Source: Gaiellaceae bacterium
GTDB taxonomy: Bacteria; Actinomycetota; Thermoleophilia; Gaiellales; Gaiellaceae
Assembly (NCBI GenBank): GCA_033858115.1
Contig: JAWVCV010000110.1
Coordinates: forward strand, 1 to 44,395
DNA length: 44,395 nt
Direction of reading: 5' to 3'
A program made the position numbers and the translations under genes. The notes beneath the pieces are model-generated. The model was not told where the DNA came from, ran no database searches, and saw only the letters and a list, made by a program, of their open reading frames with translations. Of this stretch, positions 24,888 through 33,473 are shown piece after piece; position 1 is the first letter of the stretch, and every line of letters starts with the position of its first letter.

Positions 24888-25787
24888 TTGGAAGCGCGTG
24901 AGCAGGAGTTTCTCGACTACGTCCGGACCGGCGGGCTCGTCGAGACGGACGACTGGATGCCGGACGAGTACCGACGCCGGCTGATCAAGTTCATCGAGAT
25001 GCACGGCAATTCGGAGCTGATGGGCGTGCTCCCGGAGCGCGACTGGATCCTCCGGGCGCCCACGTTGCAGCGGAAGCTCGCCCTCACGGCGAAGATCCAG
25101 GACGAGGTCGGCCACTGCCAGCTGATCTACCGGGTCGTCGAGGATCTCGGCAAGCCGCGCACGGCCTGCCTGGACGACCTGATCGGCGGCAAGTCGAAGT
25201 TCCACAACGTCTTCCACTACCCGACGAAGAGCTGGGGCGACGTCGGCGTGATCGCCTGGCTCGTCGATGCGGCCGCGATCATCAGCCAGAAGGCGCTGCT
25301 CAAATGCTCGTACGCGCCCTACGCGCGCGTGATGAAGAAGGTCTGCTGGGAGGAGTCGTTCCACATCCTCCACGGCCGCGACACCGTGCTCGCGATGGTC
25401 ACCGGGACGCCGGAGCAGTTCGAGCTCGTGCAGGAGGCGCTCAACCGCTGGTGGGAGCCGCTGATGCACTTCCACGGCACGCCGCTGCCCGCCGAGGACG
25501 ACCCGATGGTGATCTGGCGGATCAAGAGCCAGGCGAACGAGGCCGCGCGGCAGCAGTTCCTCGAGGGGTACGTGCCGCAGATCCTCGAGCTCGGGCTCGA
25601 GCTCCCCGACCCGAAGCTGCGGCGTAACGACGCAGGCGTCTGGGAGTACACGGAGCCCGACTGGGACCGGCTGCTCGAGGTCGTCACCGGCCACGGGCCG
25701 GCGTCGCAGGAGCGGCTCGAGTTCCGCCGACTCTCGCGCGCCGAGACCGACTGGGTCTCGCAGGTCGTGCTGGCGGAGGCGGCTTGA
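24888..25787 (+). CDS. paaA: 1,2-phenylacetyl-CoA epoxidase subunit A
   Basis: This is the tail of listed ORF 24822..25787. TTG 24888 lies 7 nt after GGGAGG. It has the di-iron motifs HGNSELMG and QDEVGHCQ plus EESFHILHG. Confidence 0.92.
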   Translation: MEAREQEFLDYVRTGGLVETDDWMPDEYRRRLIKFIEMHGNSELMGVLPERDWILRAPTLQRKLALTAKIQDEVGHCQLIYRVVEDLGKPRTACLDDLIGGKSKFHNVFHYPTKSWGDVGVIAWLVDAAAIISQKALLKCSYAPYARVMKKVCWEESFHILHGRDTVLAMVTGTPEQFELVQEALNRWWEPLMHFHGTPLPAEDDPMVIWRIKSQANEAARQQFLEGYVPQILELGLELPDPKLRRNDAGVWEYTEPDWDRLLEVVTGHGPASQERLEFRRLSRAETDWVSQVVLAEAA

Positions 25788-26062
25788 TCTACGAGGTCTT
25801 CAGGCAGGAGCGGAAAGGTCAGCCGTTCGTCCACGGCGGCTCCTTCCATGCGCCCGACCGTGCCTTCGCGGACGCCTACGCGCGCGAGTTCTACGCGCGC
25901 CGCGGCGAGTCGGTCGCGCTCTGGGTCGTGCCGCGGGAGGAGATCGTGGAGATCGACGAGTTCCCGGACGAGTTTGATCTCAAGTACCGCCGCGTGGACG
26001 GCTACTCGATCAAGGCGAGGCTGAAGGAGGCACGTGCCCGAGCGGGTACAACTGCTGCTTGA
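25784..26062 (+). CDS. paaB: 1,2-phenylacetyl-CoA epoxidase subunit B
   Basis: 92-aa ORF starting MIYEVFRQERKGQPFVHGGSFHAPD, which is typical PaaB. The TTG start forms a TTGA overlap with the paaA stop. Confidence 0.9.
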   Translation: MIYEVFRQERKGQPFVHGGSFHAPDRAFADAYAREFYARRGESVALWVVPREEIVEIDEFPDEFDLKYRRVDGYSIKARLKEARARAGTTAA

Positions 26063-26678
26063 GCTCGCCGACGATGAGCTGATCCTCGGCTGGCGCAACT
26101 CCGAGTGGACGGGGATCGCGCCCTTTCTCGAGGAGGACGTCGCCTTCTCCTCGATCGCCCAGAACGAGATCGGCCACGCGCGCGCGCTCTACGAGCTGGC
26201 AGCGCGCGACCTCGGCACAGACGCCGACGCCCTCGCGTTCGACCGCAAGCCCAAGGAGTACCGCTGCGCGCCGCTGATCCAGCTCCGCCTCGTGCCGGAC
26301 TGGGCGCGGACGATCGCGCGCCACGTCCTCTACGAGACGGCCGACGCGATCCGGATCGCGCGGCTGAAAGAGCACGAGGATCCGGAGCTCGCCGGGATCG
26401 CGGCGAAGATCGAGCGCGAGGAGGTCTACCACCGGCTGCACGCGGAGATGTGGCTCGAGCGGCTGGGCCGGGAGCAGCGCTATCGCGAGGCAGTGGACGA
26501 GCTCTGGCCGTACGCGCTCGGCCTGCTCGAGCCGGAGCTGCGGCCCGTGCTGGCGGACCGGGTCGGTCGCCCCGACGTCGAGGCGGTCGAGCGCAGCGCG
26601 CCCGGCGAGGAGTTCGCCGAGCTCTGGAACGAGATGACGATGGTGCGCCGCTCGGCGCCAGTGGGCGCGCAATGGTGA
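26034..26678 (+). CDS. paaC: 1,2-phenylacetyl-CoA epoxidase subunit C
   Basis: 214-aa ORF with LLLELADDELILGWRNSEWTGIAPFLEEDVAFSSIAQNEIGHARALY. Confidence 0.85.
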   Translation: MPERVQLLLELADDELILGWRNSEWTGIAPFLEEDVAFSSIAQNEIGHARALYELAARDLGTDADALAFDRKPKEYRCAPLIQLRLVPDWARTIARHVLYETADAIRIARLKEHEDPELAGIAAKIEREEVYHRLHAEMWLERLGREQRYREAVDELWPYALGLLEPELRPVLADRVGRPDVEAVERSAPGEEFAELWNEMTMVRRSAPVGAQW

Positions 26679-27157
26679 CCGAGGCGGCGGTGTGGGACGC
26701 GCTGGCCGAGATCCCGGACCCGGAGATTCCCGTGATCTCGCTCGTCGACCTCGGCGTCGTCAAGGACGTCGCGGTCGACGGCGACCGGGTGCGGATCGGG
26801 TTCACGCCCACGTTCATGGGCTGCCCGGCGCTCGAGGTGATGCAGCGGCAGATGGAGGAGGCGGTGACCGCGCTCGGCGGCGAGCCGCAGGTGGACGTCC
26901 TCCTCGACGACTCCTGGTCGACCGACAAGATCACGCCAGCCGGCCGCGAGAAGCTCCGCGACGCGGGCCTCGCGCCGCCGGCGCCGCGCGAGCGGGCGGC
27001 GCCGACGCTGCTCCAGCTCCAGCGGGCCGTCCACCGCTGCCCCTACTGCAGCTCGACGGCGACGCGGCTCGACAACATCTTCGGCCCCACCCCGTGCCGG
27101 TCAGTGCGCTACTGCGAGAGCTGCAGGCAGCCGTTCGAGCAGTTCAAGACGATCTAG
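26672..27157 (+). CDS. paaD: 1,2-phenylacetyl-CoA epoxidase subunit D (SUF-like domain plus C-terminal Cys cluster)
   Basis: This is the tail of listed ORF 26105..27157. ATG 26672 overlaps the paaC stop (ATGGTGA). The sequence is VWDALAEIPDPEIPVISLVDLGVV...TPTFMGCPA...CPYCSS...CESCRQPFEQFK. Confidence 0.88.
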   Translation: MVTEAAVWDALAEIPDPEIPVISLVDLGVVKDVAVDGDRVRIGFTPTFMGCPALEVMQRQMEEAVTALGGEPQVDVLLDDSWSTDKITPAGREKLRDAGLAPPAPRERAAPTLLQLQRAVHRCPYCSSTATRLDNIFGPTPCRSVRYCESCRQPFEQFKTI

Positions 27158-27171
27158 GGCGGCGGCTTCGG

Positions 27172-27489
27172 TCAAGTAGCGCCGGCCTCGTCGTCCTGGC
27201 CGGCGGCCTGCTCGCCGAGGCTGAAGTGGAAGTGGTCGTCGTGCTTCTCGGCGTCGAGCACCTTGTCGTCGAGGAGCGATGCCGCGGCCGGCTCGAGGAA
27301 GACGCGCGTGCCGTCCTCGTCGAGGACCTGATCCCCTTCCGCCGGCGCCGCGGCCACCTCGAGCGAGAGCGCCGGCTCCCCGTCGGCGCTCTCAGCCGTC
27401 GCGATCCGGAGGCCGCTTCCCTCGGGTGCCTCGCCGGCGTCGACGATGTCCCGCACCATCTCCTTCGCGGACTGGGTCAGTGTGAGCAT
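27172..27489 (-). CDS. HesB/IscA-like domain protein lacking all conserved cysteines
   Basis: 105-aa ORF. MLTLTQSAKEMVRDIV...GLRIA...DGTRVFLEPAAASLLDDKVLDAE follows the IscA/HesB layout. It contains no Cys and has an acidic tail. Confidence 0.6.
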   Translation of the reverse strand: MLTLTQSAKEMVRDIVDAGEAPEGSGLRIATAESADGEPALSLEVAAAPAEGDQVLDEDGTRVFLEPAAASLLDDKVLDAEKHDDHFHFSLGEQAAGQDDEAGAT

Positions 27490-27931
27490 GACGCTCTCCT
27501 TTCTCGTCGCTTGGGCTTCCGGTGCCCGCTTTCGCGGCGCCCAATCCCGTCCCGCCGAGTTGCTCCAGCAGGCCGGCGAACGCCCCGCCGCCGACTACCC
27601 GCTCGACGGATGCGGCGACGCGGACGCGCAGCTCGCGGTCCGACGAGACGAGCCAGACACGCCGCCCGGCGGCGTGCAGCTGCGGCGCCCGCTCCGCGAT
27701 CCAGTCGTCCGCGATCTGGCCGCCCGTGCCCACGAGCGTCGTCCGCTCGTCGAGCGCCCGCTCCCCGACGAGGCCACCGGGTGCGCGGCCGTCGAAGACG
27801 ATCACCGCGTCCACCCCCTCGCGTGCGGCCCACTCGCGCGTCCGCTCGACGAACCAGTCCTCCGCGAGGTTCGGCCAGCGCGAGCGGATCGCGTTGCGCG
27901 CGTCCACGAGGACGACCGGCTGGGACTGCAC
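27392..27931 (-). CDS. NYN/YacP-like predicted RNA-binding/nuclease domain protein
   Basis: This is the tail of listed ORF 27392..28075, starting at GTG 27931. VVLVDARNAIRSRWPNL...AVIVFDG...ADDWIAE...VWLVSSDRELR resembles the YacP/NYN family. The last 50 or so aa are low-complexity and overlap the HesB-like gene by 98 nt. Confidence 0.55.
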   Translation of the reverse strand: MQSQPVVLVDARNAIRSRWPNLAEDWFVERTREWAAREGVDAVIVFDGRAPGGLVGERALDERTTLVGTGGQIADDWIAERAPQLHAAGRRVWLVSSDRELRVRVAASVERVVGGGAFAGLLEQLGGTGLGAAKAGTGSPSDEKGERHAHTDPVREGDGAGHRRRRRGTRGKRPPDRDG

Positions 27932-27955
27932 GGGTCGAGTATGGCCTCTCGTATG

Positions 27956-27969
27956 CGAACATGTGTTCG
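27956..27969. promoter_or_regulatory. LexA SOS box (Cheo-type GAAC-N4-GTTC) overlapping the dinB start
   Basis: CGAACATGTGTTCG is a perfect match to the CGAAC-N4-GTTCG core of Gram-positive/actinobacterial LexA sites. It sits in the 31-bp divergent region between the NYN-like gene and dinB. Confidence 0.65.
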
Positions 27970-29159
27970 TGCCCCGAGAGGCGACGATCCTGCACGCCGA
28001 CCTGGACGCGTTCTTCGCGGCGGTCGAGCAGCGGGACGATCCCTCCTTGTGCGGGCGGCCCGTCATCGTCGGCATGGGCGTCGTGCTTGCCGCGAGCTAC
28101 GAGGCCAAGGCTCACGGCGTGCGCACCGCGATGGGCGAAGCGCAAGCCCGCCGGCTCTGCCCCCACGCGGTGACGGTCGCGCCCAGGTTCTCGGCCTACT
28201 CCGAGGCGAGCAAGGCGGTGTTCCGCGTCTTCGAGGACACGACGCCGCTGGTGGAAGGGCTGTCGATCGACGAGGCGTTCCTCGACGTCCGGGGGATGGA
28301 GCGGAGCTTCGGCACCCCGACCGAGATCGCGATGCGGTTGCGGCGCGAGGTGCTGGAGCGGGTGGGCCTGCCGATCACCGTCGGCGTGGCCAGGACGAAG
28401 TTCCTCGCGAAGGTGGCGAGCGGAGTGGCCAAGCCCGACGGCCTGCTCGTAGTGCCACCTGACCGCGAGCTGGCGTTCCTCCATCCGCTTCCGGTCGAGC
28501 GACTCTGGGGCGTCGGCCCGGTGACCGCGGGGAAGCTGCGCCGGCGGGGAATCACAACCGTCCTGCAGGTCGCCTTGCTCCCGGAGGCCGTCCTGGTGTC
28601 GATGCTGGGCCGGGCGTCGGGTCGCCACCTGCACGCCCTCGCGCACAATCTCGATCCCCGGCCGGTGCAGGCACGCCGTCACCGCGGCTCGATCGGCTCG
28701 CAACGGGCGCGCGGCCGCTCCCCACGCACGGTGGACGAGGTCGAAGCCGACCTGATCGCGCTCGTCGATCGCGTCACCGGGCGGATGAGGGCGGCCGGAC
28801 GGGTCGGGCGCACCGTCGTCCTCCGGCTGCGCTTCGACGACTACACGCGGGCGACTCGGTCACACACGCTTCCCCACCCGACCGCCCAGACCAACATCAT
28901 CCTCGCGACGGCGCGAGCGCTTCTGGCCGCGGCGATGCCGACCATCGAGCGCCGCGGGCTCACCCTCGTCGGTGTCGCCGTGGCCAACCTCGAGAACGCC
29001 GACGCCGTCCAGCTGCCGCTGCCGTTCGATCGCCGGGACGACGAGGCGCTCGACGCCGCGCTCGACGAGGTCCGGGAGCGCTTCGGGGCGGCTGCGATCA
29101 CTCGCGCAGTCCTGGTCGGCCGCGACGGCGGCCTGACGATGCCGCTGCTCCCGGACTGA
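27963..29159 (+). CDS. dinB: DNA polymerase IV (Y-family)
   Basis: This is the tail of listed ORF 27522..29159, starting at GTG 27963 or 27969. The sequence is ILHADLDAFFAAVEQRDDPSL...SIDEAFLDV...GVARTKFLAKVAS...KPDG. Confidence 0.9.
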   Translation: MFVPREATILHADLDAFFAAVEQRDDPSLCGRPVIVGMGVVLAASYEAKAHGVRTAMGEAQARRLCPHAVTVAPRFSAYSEASKAVFRVFEDTTPLVEGLSIDEAFLDVRGMERSFGTPTEIAMRLRREVLERVGLPITVGVARTKFLAKVASGVAKPDGLLVVPPDRELAFLHPLPVERLWGVGPVTAGKLRRRGITTVLQVALLPEAVLVSMLGRASGRHLHALAHNLDPRPVQARRHRGSIGSQRARGRSPRTVDEVEADLIALVDRVTGRMRAAGRVGRTVVLRLRFDDYTRATRSHTLPHPTAQTNIILATARALLAAAMPTIERRGLTLVGVAVANLENADAVQLPLPFDRRDDEALDAALDEVRERFGAAAITRAVLVGRDGGLTMPLLPD

Positions 29160-29174
29160 GCGTACAGTCGCGGC

Positions 29175-30875
29175 GTGACGCCGAAATCGCAGGACGCGCT
29201 TCGCAGTCGGGCCCGGTCGGGGCTGACGTCGGGCGCCGCGCGGGCGCCGGCGCGAGCGCACTTTCGCGCGATGGGGATCGACCCGTCCCGGCTCGGCGGG
29301 CCGATCATCGGGGTCGCCTCGACGTGGACCGGCACCATGCCGTGCAACCTGAACCAGCGCGAGCTGGCCGACCGTGTCGGCGAGGGCGTGACCGCCGCCG
29401 GCGGCGTCGCGCTCGGCTTCAACACGATCGCCGTCTCGGACAACCAGTCCCAGGGAACGCCGGGCATGCGAGCCTCGCTGATCTCACGCGAGGTGATCGC
29501 CGACTCGATCGAGTTGATGGTGCACGCGCACGACTTCGACGGCCTCGTCTGCGTCGTCGGTTGCGACAAGACCGTGCCGGCCGCCTTGATGGCGCTCGCC
29601 CGCGTGGACAAGCCTGCGATCGTCCTCTACAGCGGGCCGATGCGAGCCGGGCGCTGGCGGGGACGCGACGTGACGATTCAGGACGTCTGGGAGGCGGTCG
29701 GCGCCGAGGAGCGGGGCTTGATGCCACGCGCCGACCTCGACGAGCTGGAGCAGCTCGCATGCCCGGGCGCCGGCACGTGCGCCGGCCACTTCACCGCCAA
29801 CACGATGGCGATCGCCCTCGATTGCCTCGGCCTCGCTCGCCTCGGCGACGGGCTGATTCCGGCCGACGAGCGGGAGGCGAAGAACGAAGCAGCAGCGGCG
29901 GCCGGCAGGCTCGCCGTGCAGCTCGCCGAGGAGGGTCTGGGCTCTCGTCGGTTCCTGGACCGGCGCGCGCTGCTGAACGCGATGGCCGGGATCGCGGCCA
30001 GCGGCGGCTCGACCAACGGGATCCTGCACCTGCTCGCGATCGCGCGCGAGGCCGGCACCCCGCTGACGCTCGGGGACCTCGCGGAGACGGCGCGCCGGAC
30101 GCCCGTGCTCGCGAACCTCGCCCCCTCCGGTGACTGGATGGCGGCCGACCTCCACCGAGTCGGCGGCGCGCGAGCGCTGATCCGCGAGCTCGTGCGCGGC
30201 GGCCACATCGACGGAGCCGCGCCCACGGTCGAGGGCGCGACGCTCGAGGCGGCGACGGCGAGCGGTGCGCCGCCTGACGGCGAGGTGCTGTTCCCCCTCC
30301 AGGCGCCGTTCAAGCCGAGCGGCGCCCTGTACGCGCTCCGCGGCAACCTCGCCCCGGAGGGAAGCCTCGTCAAGGTGACGGACAGCGGCCACCGCCTGCA
30401 CAGCGGGCCTGCGCGCGTGTTCGACAGCGAGGAGGCGTGCGCCGATGCCGTGCGCTCGGGCCTCGTCCGCGAGGGTGACGTGCTCGTGGTGCGCTACGAG
30501 GGGCCGGCGGGCGGGCCGGGGATGCGGGAGATGTTGAGCGTGACGGCTTCGGTGGTGGGCGCCGGGCTCGGCGAGTCGGTGGCGCTCGTGACGGACGGGC
30601 GCTTCTCCGGCGCCACGCGCGGCCTGATGGTCGGCCACGTCGCGCCCGAGGCGGCGCGCGGCGGCGCGCTCGCGATCGTCCAGGACGGAGACCGGATCAC
30701 GATCGACATCGACGCCGAGGCGCTCCGCCTCGAAGTCGACGACGCCGAGATCGCCAGGCGACTGGCCGCCTGGGAGCCGCCGCCCGAGCGATACACCGGC
30801 GGCGTCTTCGCCCGCTACCGCGCACTCGTCGGCTCGGCGTCCGAGGGCGCCGTCCTCGCGGCGCGGCCGACATGA
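29175..30875 (+). CDS. ilvD: IlvD/Edd-family dehydratase (dihydroxy-acid or sugar-acid dehydratase)
   Basis: 566-aa ORF with PIIGVASTWTGTMPCNLN, AVSDNQSQGTPGMRASL, VGCDKTVPAALMA and TDGRFSGAT. Substrate assignment from sequence alone is uncertain. Confidence 0.85.
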   Translation: MTPKSQDALRSRARSGLTSGAARAPARAHFRAMGIDPSRLGGPIIGVASTWTGTMPCNLNQRELADRVGEGVTAAGGVALGFNTIAVSDNQSQGTPGMRASLISREVIADSIELMVHAHDFDGLVCVVGCDKTVPAALMALARVDKPAIVLYSGPMRAGRWRGRDVTIQDVWEAVGAEERGLMPRADLDELEQLACPGAGTCAGHFTANTMAIALDCLGLARLGDGLIPADEREAKNEAAAAAGRLAVQLAEEGLGSRRFLDRRALLNAMAGIAASGGSTNGILHLLAIAREAGTPLTLGDLAETARRTPVLANLAPSGDWMAADLHRVGGARALIRELVRGGHIDGAAPTVEGATLEAATASGAPPDGEVLFPLQAPFKPSGALYALRGNLAPEGSLVKVTDSGHRLHSGPARVFDSEEACADAVRSGLVREGDVLVVRYEGPAGGPGMREMLSVTASVVGAGLGESVALVTDGRFSGATRGLMVGHVAPEAARGGALAIVQDGDRITIDIDAEALRLEVDDAEIARRLAAWEPPPERYTGGVFARYRALVGSASEGAVLAARPT

Positions 30876-30880
30876 GCTCC

Positions 30881-31741
30881 CTAGTCCGCAAACGGTCTTG
30901 CGGGAGGCCCGCTCACGCCGGCGTCGGCGACGAAGACGCTGCCCGCCAGCGGCTGCTGCCGGCGCCGCTCGGGCGTGAGCTCCTGCGTGGCTGTCGTGAT
31001 GTAGAGCGAGCGGCCGTCGGCGCCGCCGAAGCAGCAGGCGGTGACGTTGTCCGCGGGCACCGGCAGCACCCGGTCGAGGCTGCCGTCGGCGTCGTACCGG
31101 CGGACGGCGCCGCCACCGTAGAGGGCTACCCAGACGCCTCCTTCGTCGTCGACCGCGAGGCCGTCGGGCGTGCCCTTCGCGCGGTCGATCGTGACGAAGG
31201 GCCGCCGGCCGGAGAGCGCTCCCGACGCGACGTCGAAGTCGAACAGGTCGACGCGGTAGCTCATCGAGTCGATGAAGTACATGCCCCGGCCGTCGGGCGT
31301 CCAGCCGATCCCGTTCGAGAGCGTGACGTCCGCGAGCACGCGCTCGAGGGTTCCATCGGGCGAGTAGCGGTAGAGCGCGCCGGCGCCGGGGGCGAAGTCG
31401 AGGGCCATGCTGCCGACCCAGAAGCGGCCGGCGGGATCGCAGGCGCCGTCGTTCAGGCGCAACTCCGGCCCATGCGGGATCTCGGCAAGCGTGCGGACGG
31501 GCTCGCCGTCGAGCTCGACGACCGCGAGCCGGTCGGTCAGCGCCACGAGGATGCCGCCGCTGCGCGTCGGGGCGACCGCACTCACACGGTTCCCGAGCAG
31601 GACGACGCGATCCAGCCCGCTCGACGGATCGAAGACGTGCAGAGCACCGGCCTCGATGTCGACCCAGAGCAGGCGCCTGGCGGCAGCGTCCCACCGCGGC
31701 CCTTCGCCGAGCACCGCCTCGCTTCGAATTGCCACCTCCAC
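30881..31741 (-). CDS. SMP-30/gluconolactonase/LRE-family beta-propeller hydrolase
   Basis: 286-aa ORF with LGEGPRWDAAARRLLWVDI, RLNDGACDPAGRFWVG, SNGIGWTPDG and GTPDGLAVDDEGGVW. Confidence 0.85.
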   Translation of the reverse strand: MEVAIRSEAVLGEGPRWDAAARRLLWVDIEAGALHVFDPSSGLDRVVLLGNRVSAVAPTRSGGILVALTDRLAVVELDGEPVRTLAEIPHGPELRLNDGACDPAGRFWVGSMALDFAPGAGALYRYSPDGTLERVLADVTLSNGIGWTPDGRGMYFIDSMSYRVDLFDFDVASGALSGRRPFVTIDRAKGTPDGLAVDDEGGVWVALYGGGAVRRYDADGSLDRVLPVPADNVTACCFGGADGRSLYITTATQELTPERRRQQPLAGSVFVADAGVSGPPARPFAD

Positions 31742-31761
31742 GGGAAGAAGGTTGCACGACG

Positions 31762-32832
31762 ATGCTGGCCCTCGTCACACGACCCGGAGTAGCGCATTCG
31801 ACCCGCGTCGCCGAGGTGCCGGACGCAGGCGTCCGCGAGGGGGAGGTCCCCGTCCGGGCGCTCGAGGTCGGCGTCTGCGGCACCGATCGCGAGATCTCCG
31901 AAGGCCTCTTCGGCGTGCCGCCGGCAGAGGACACCACGCTCGTGCTCGGCCACGAGTTTCTCGGCGTCGTCGAGCGGGACGGACACGGGTTCACGCGCGG
32001 CGACCTGGTCACCGCCACGGTGCGGCGCTCGTGCTCGCACTGCCACGCCTGCCACGAGGGCTCGCCCGACTCCTGCCTCACCGGCGACTACAGCGAGCGG
32101 GGCATCACGCGGCTGCACGGATTCGCCCGCGAGCTCGTGGCCGAGGACCCGAGCCAGCTGATCGGGATCCCGCGCTCGCTCGGCCGCCTCGGGGTGCTCG
32201 CGGAGCCCGCGTCGATCTGCGAGCGGGGGATCCGCCACGCGCGCGCAATCGGCGGCCGCCAGCCCTGGGAGCCGCAACGCGCCCTCGTCCTCGGCGCGGG
32301 TGCGATCGGGATGCTCTCGACCTACCTGCTCCGCCTCGCCGGGCTCGAAGTCTGGACCGTTGCGCGCAGTCCCGGCACCGATCCACGCGCCGAGCTCGTC
32401 TCCGCCTCCGGGGCCCGGTACGTCTCGACCACGGACCAACCTCTCCCGGCGCTACGCGAGGAGGTCGGCGGCTTCGACCTCGTGATCGAGGCGACGGGGA
32501 ACGCCCAGGTGATGGCGGACAGCGTCGGGATGCTGCGCAGGAGCGGCGTCGCGTGCCTGCTCGGGATCGACCCCCGCCGGCAGACCGTCGAGCTCGACGG
32601 CCGGGTCCTCGGCGTCGACGCCATCCTCGAGAACCGCGTCGTGTTCGGCAGCGTCAACGCCCACCGAGTAGACTGGCTCTCCGCGGTGGAGGCGCTCGAC
32701 CGCGCCCGGGAACGCTGGCCTGACGCGCTCGAGGCGTTCGTCGGGCTGCGCGTTCCCCTCGACCGCTTTGCCGAAGCGTTCGACCACGAGGGCGTCAAGG
32801 CGACCCTCGTGCTCGCGGAGGCGCCGGCCTAG
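31762..32832 (+). CDS. Zn-dependent MDR-family glucose 1-dehydrogenase (archaeal type)
   Basis: This is the tail of listed ORF 31729..32832, starting at ATG 31762. GVCGTDREI, LGHEFLGVV, the structural Zn cluster CSHCHACHEGSPDSC and GLGVLAEPASICERGI closely follow the Sulfolobus/Thermoplasma glucose dehydrogenase pattern. Confidence 0.8.
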   Translation: MLALVTRPGVAHSTRVAEVPDAGVREGEVPVRALEVGVCGTDREISEGLFGVPPAEDTTLVLGHEFLGVVERDGHGFTRGDLVTATVRRSCSHCHACHEGSPDSCLTGDYSERGITRLHGFARELVAEDPSQLIGIPRSLGRLGVLAEPASICERGIRHARAIGGRQPWEPQRALVLGAGAIGMLSTYLLRLAGLEVWTVARSPGTDPRAELVSASGARYVSTTDQPLPALREEVGGFDLVIEATGNAQVMADSVGMLRRSGVACLLGIDPRRQTVELDGRVLGVDAILENRVVFGSVNAHRVDWLSAVEALDRARERWPDALEAFVGLRVPLDRFAEAFDHEGVKATLVLAEAPA

Positions 32833-33473
32833 CCCACCGCCTCCCGCCGCCGGCGCGCCCACCAGAAGATGCCGCCCGCGAGCCCGAGCGCCACGATCGG
32901 GGCGATCAGGATCGGGTTGAAGCTGCTCTTGGGAGGCGGCTGGTAGTCGAGGCTGCCCCTGATCGCGAGCGGCTCGCCAGCCACGTTCCCGGGAACGTTC
33001 CAGTCGAACACATGGTGCGGCTCATCCTTGGCCTGGCGCACCTTCGGCGGGTCGATCGTGCTCATCCAGTGGATCCGGTGGTCGTGCCACTCGTACGCGC
33101 TCGCGCGCGCGACGCGCTGCCAGCGCGGCGTGGCGGTCTTCGAGGCGGACGCGGGCACGTCGACGGCGCCGTAGCGTTCCTCGTTCAGGTAGGTGGCGGG
33201 CGAGTTCGCGTTGCGGTAGACGTCGCCGTCGGCGTCGAAGCGGAGGTAGGGCTCCCCGTCGTAGCCGGCGATCACCACCTCCCGCCCGGTGTCGTTGCGG
33301 AGGTGCAGCTGGTCGTCGCCGAGCAGCACCTGGACGGTGAGGCCGTTCAGCTCGGGCGTGACCGCCTTGACCGTCGAGGTGTAGCCGCGCGCCGCCCCGT
33401 TGCCGTGCCCTGCGGCAGCAGGGCAGGCGACGAGGGCGGCGAGGACCGCGGCCGCAAGGAGCCGGGAGCTCAC
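32829..33473 (-). CDS. Secreted, C-terminally membrane-anchored hypothetical protein in the copper cluster
   Basis: This is the tail of listed ORF 32829..33818. GTG 33473 forms a GTGA overlap with the ycnI stop. It has a signal peptide (LLAAAVLAALVACPAAAGHG), His-rich stretches (EWHDHRIHWM, PHHVF) and a C-terminal transmembrane helix plus RRRR. Confidence 0.55.
   Translation of the reverse strand: MSSRLLAAAVLAALVACPAAAGHGNGAARGYTSTVKAVTPELNGLTVQVLLGDDQLHLRNDTGREVVIAGYDGEPYLRFDADGDVYRNANSPATYLNEERYGAVDVPASASKTATPRWQRVARASAYEWHDHRIHWMSTIDPPKVRQAKDEPHHVFDWNVPGNVAGEPLAIRGSLDYQPPPKSSFNPILIAPIVALGLAGGIFWWARRRREAVG

Noticed and set aside
29484-32081. Listed 865-aa minus-strand ORF. Similar long entries include 4429..6237, 11877..13691, 27522-start region, 37527..40565, 50..1048 and 84..947.
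   Set aside because: All are antisense to or out of frame with genes that have clear family motifs. They have extreme Arg/Pro/Gly content and no recognisable domains, so they are treated as GC-driven shadow ORFs.
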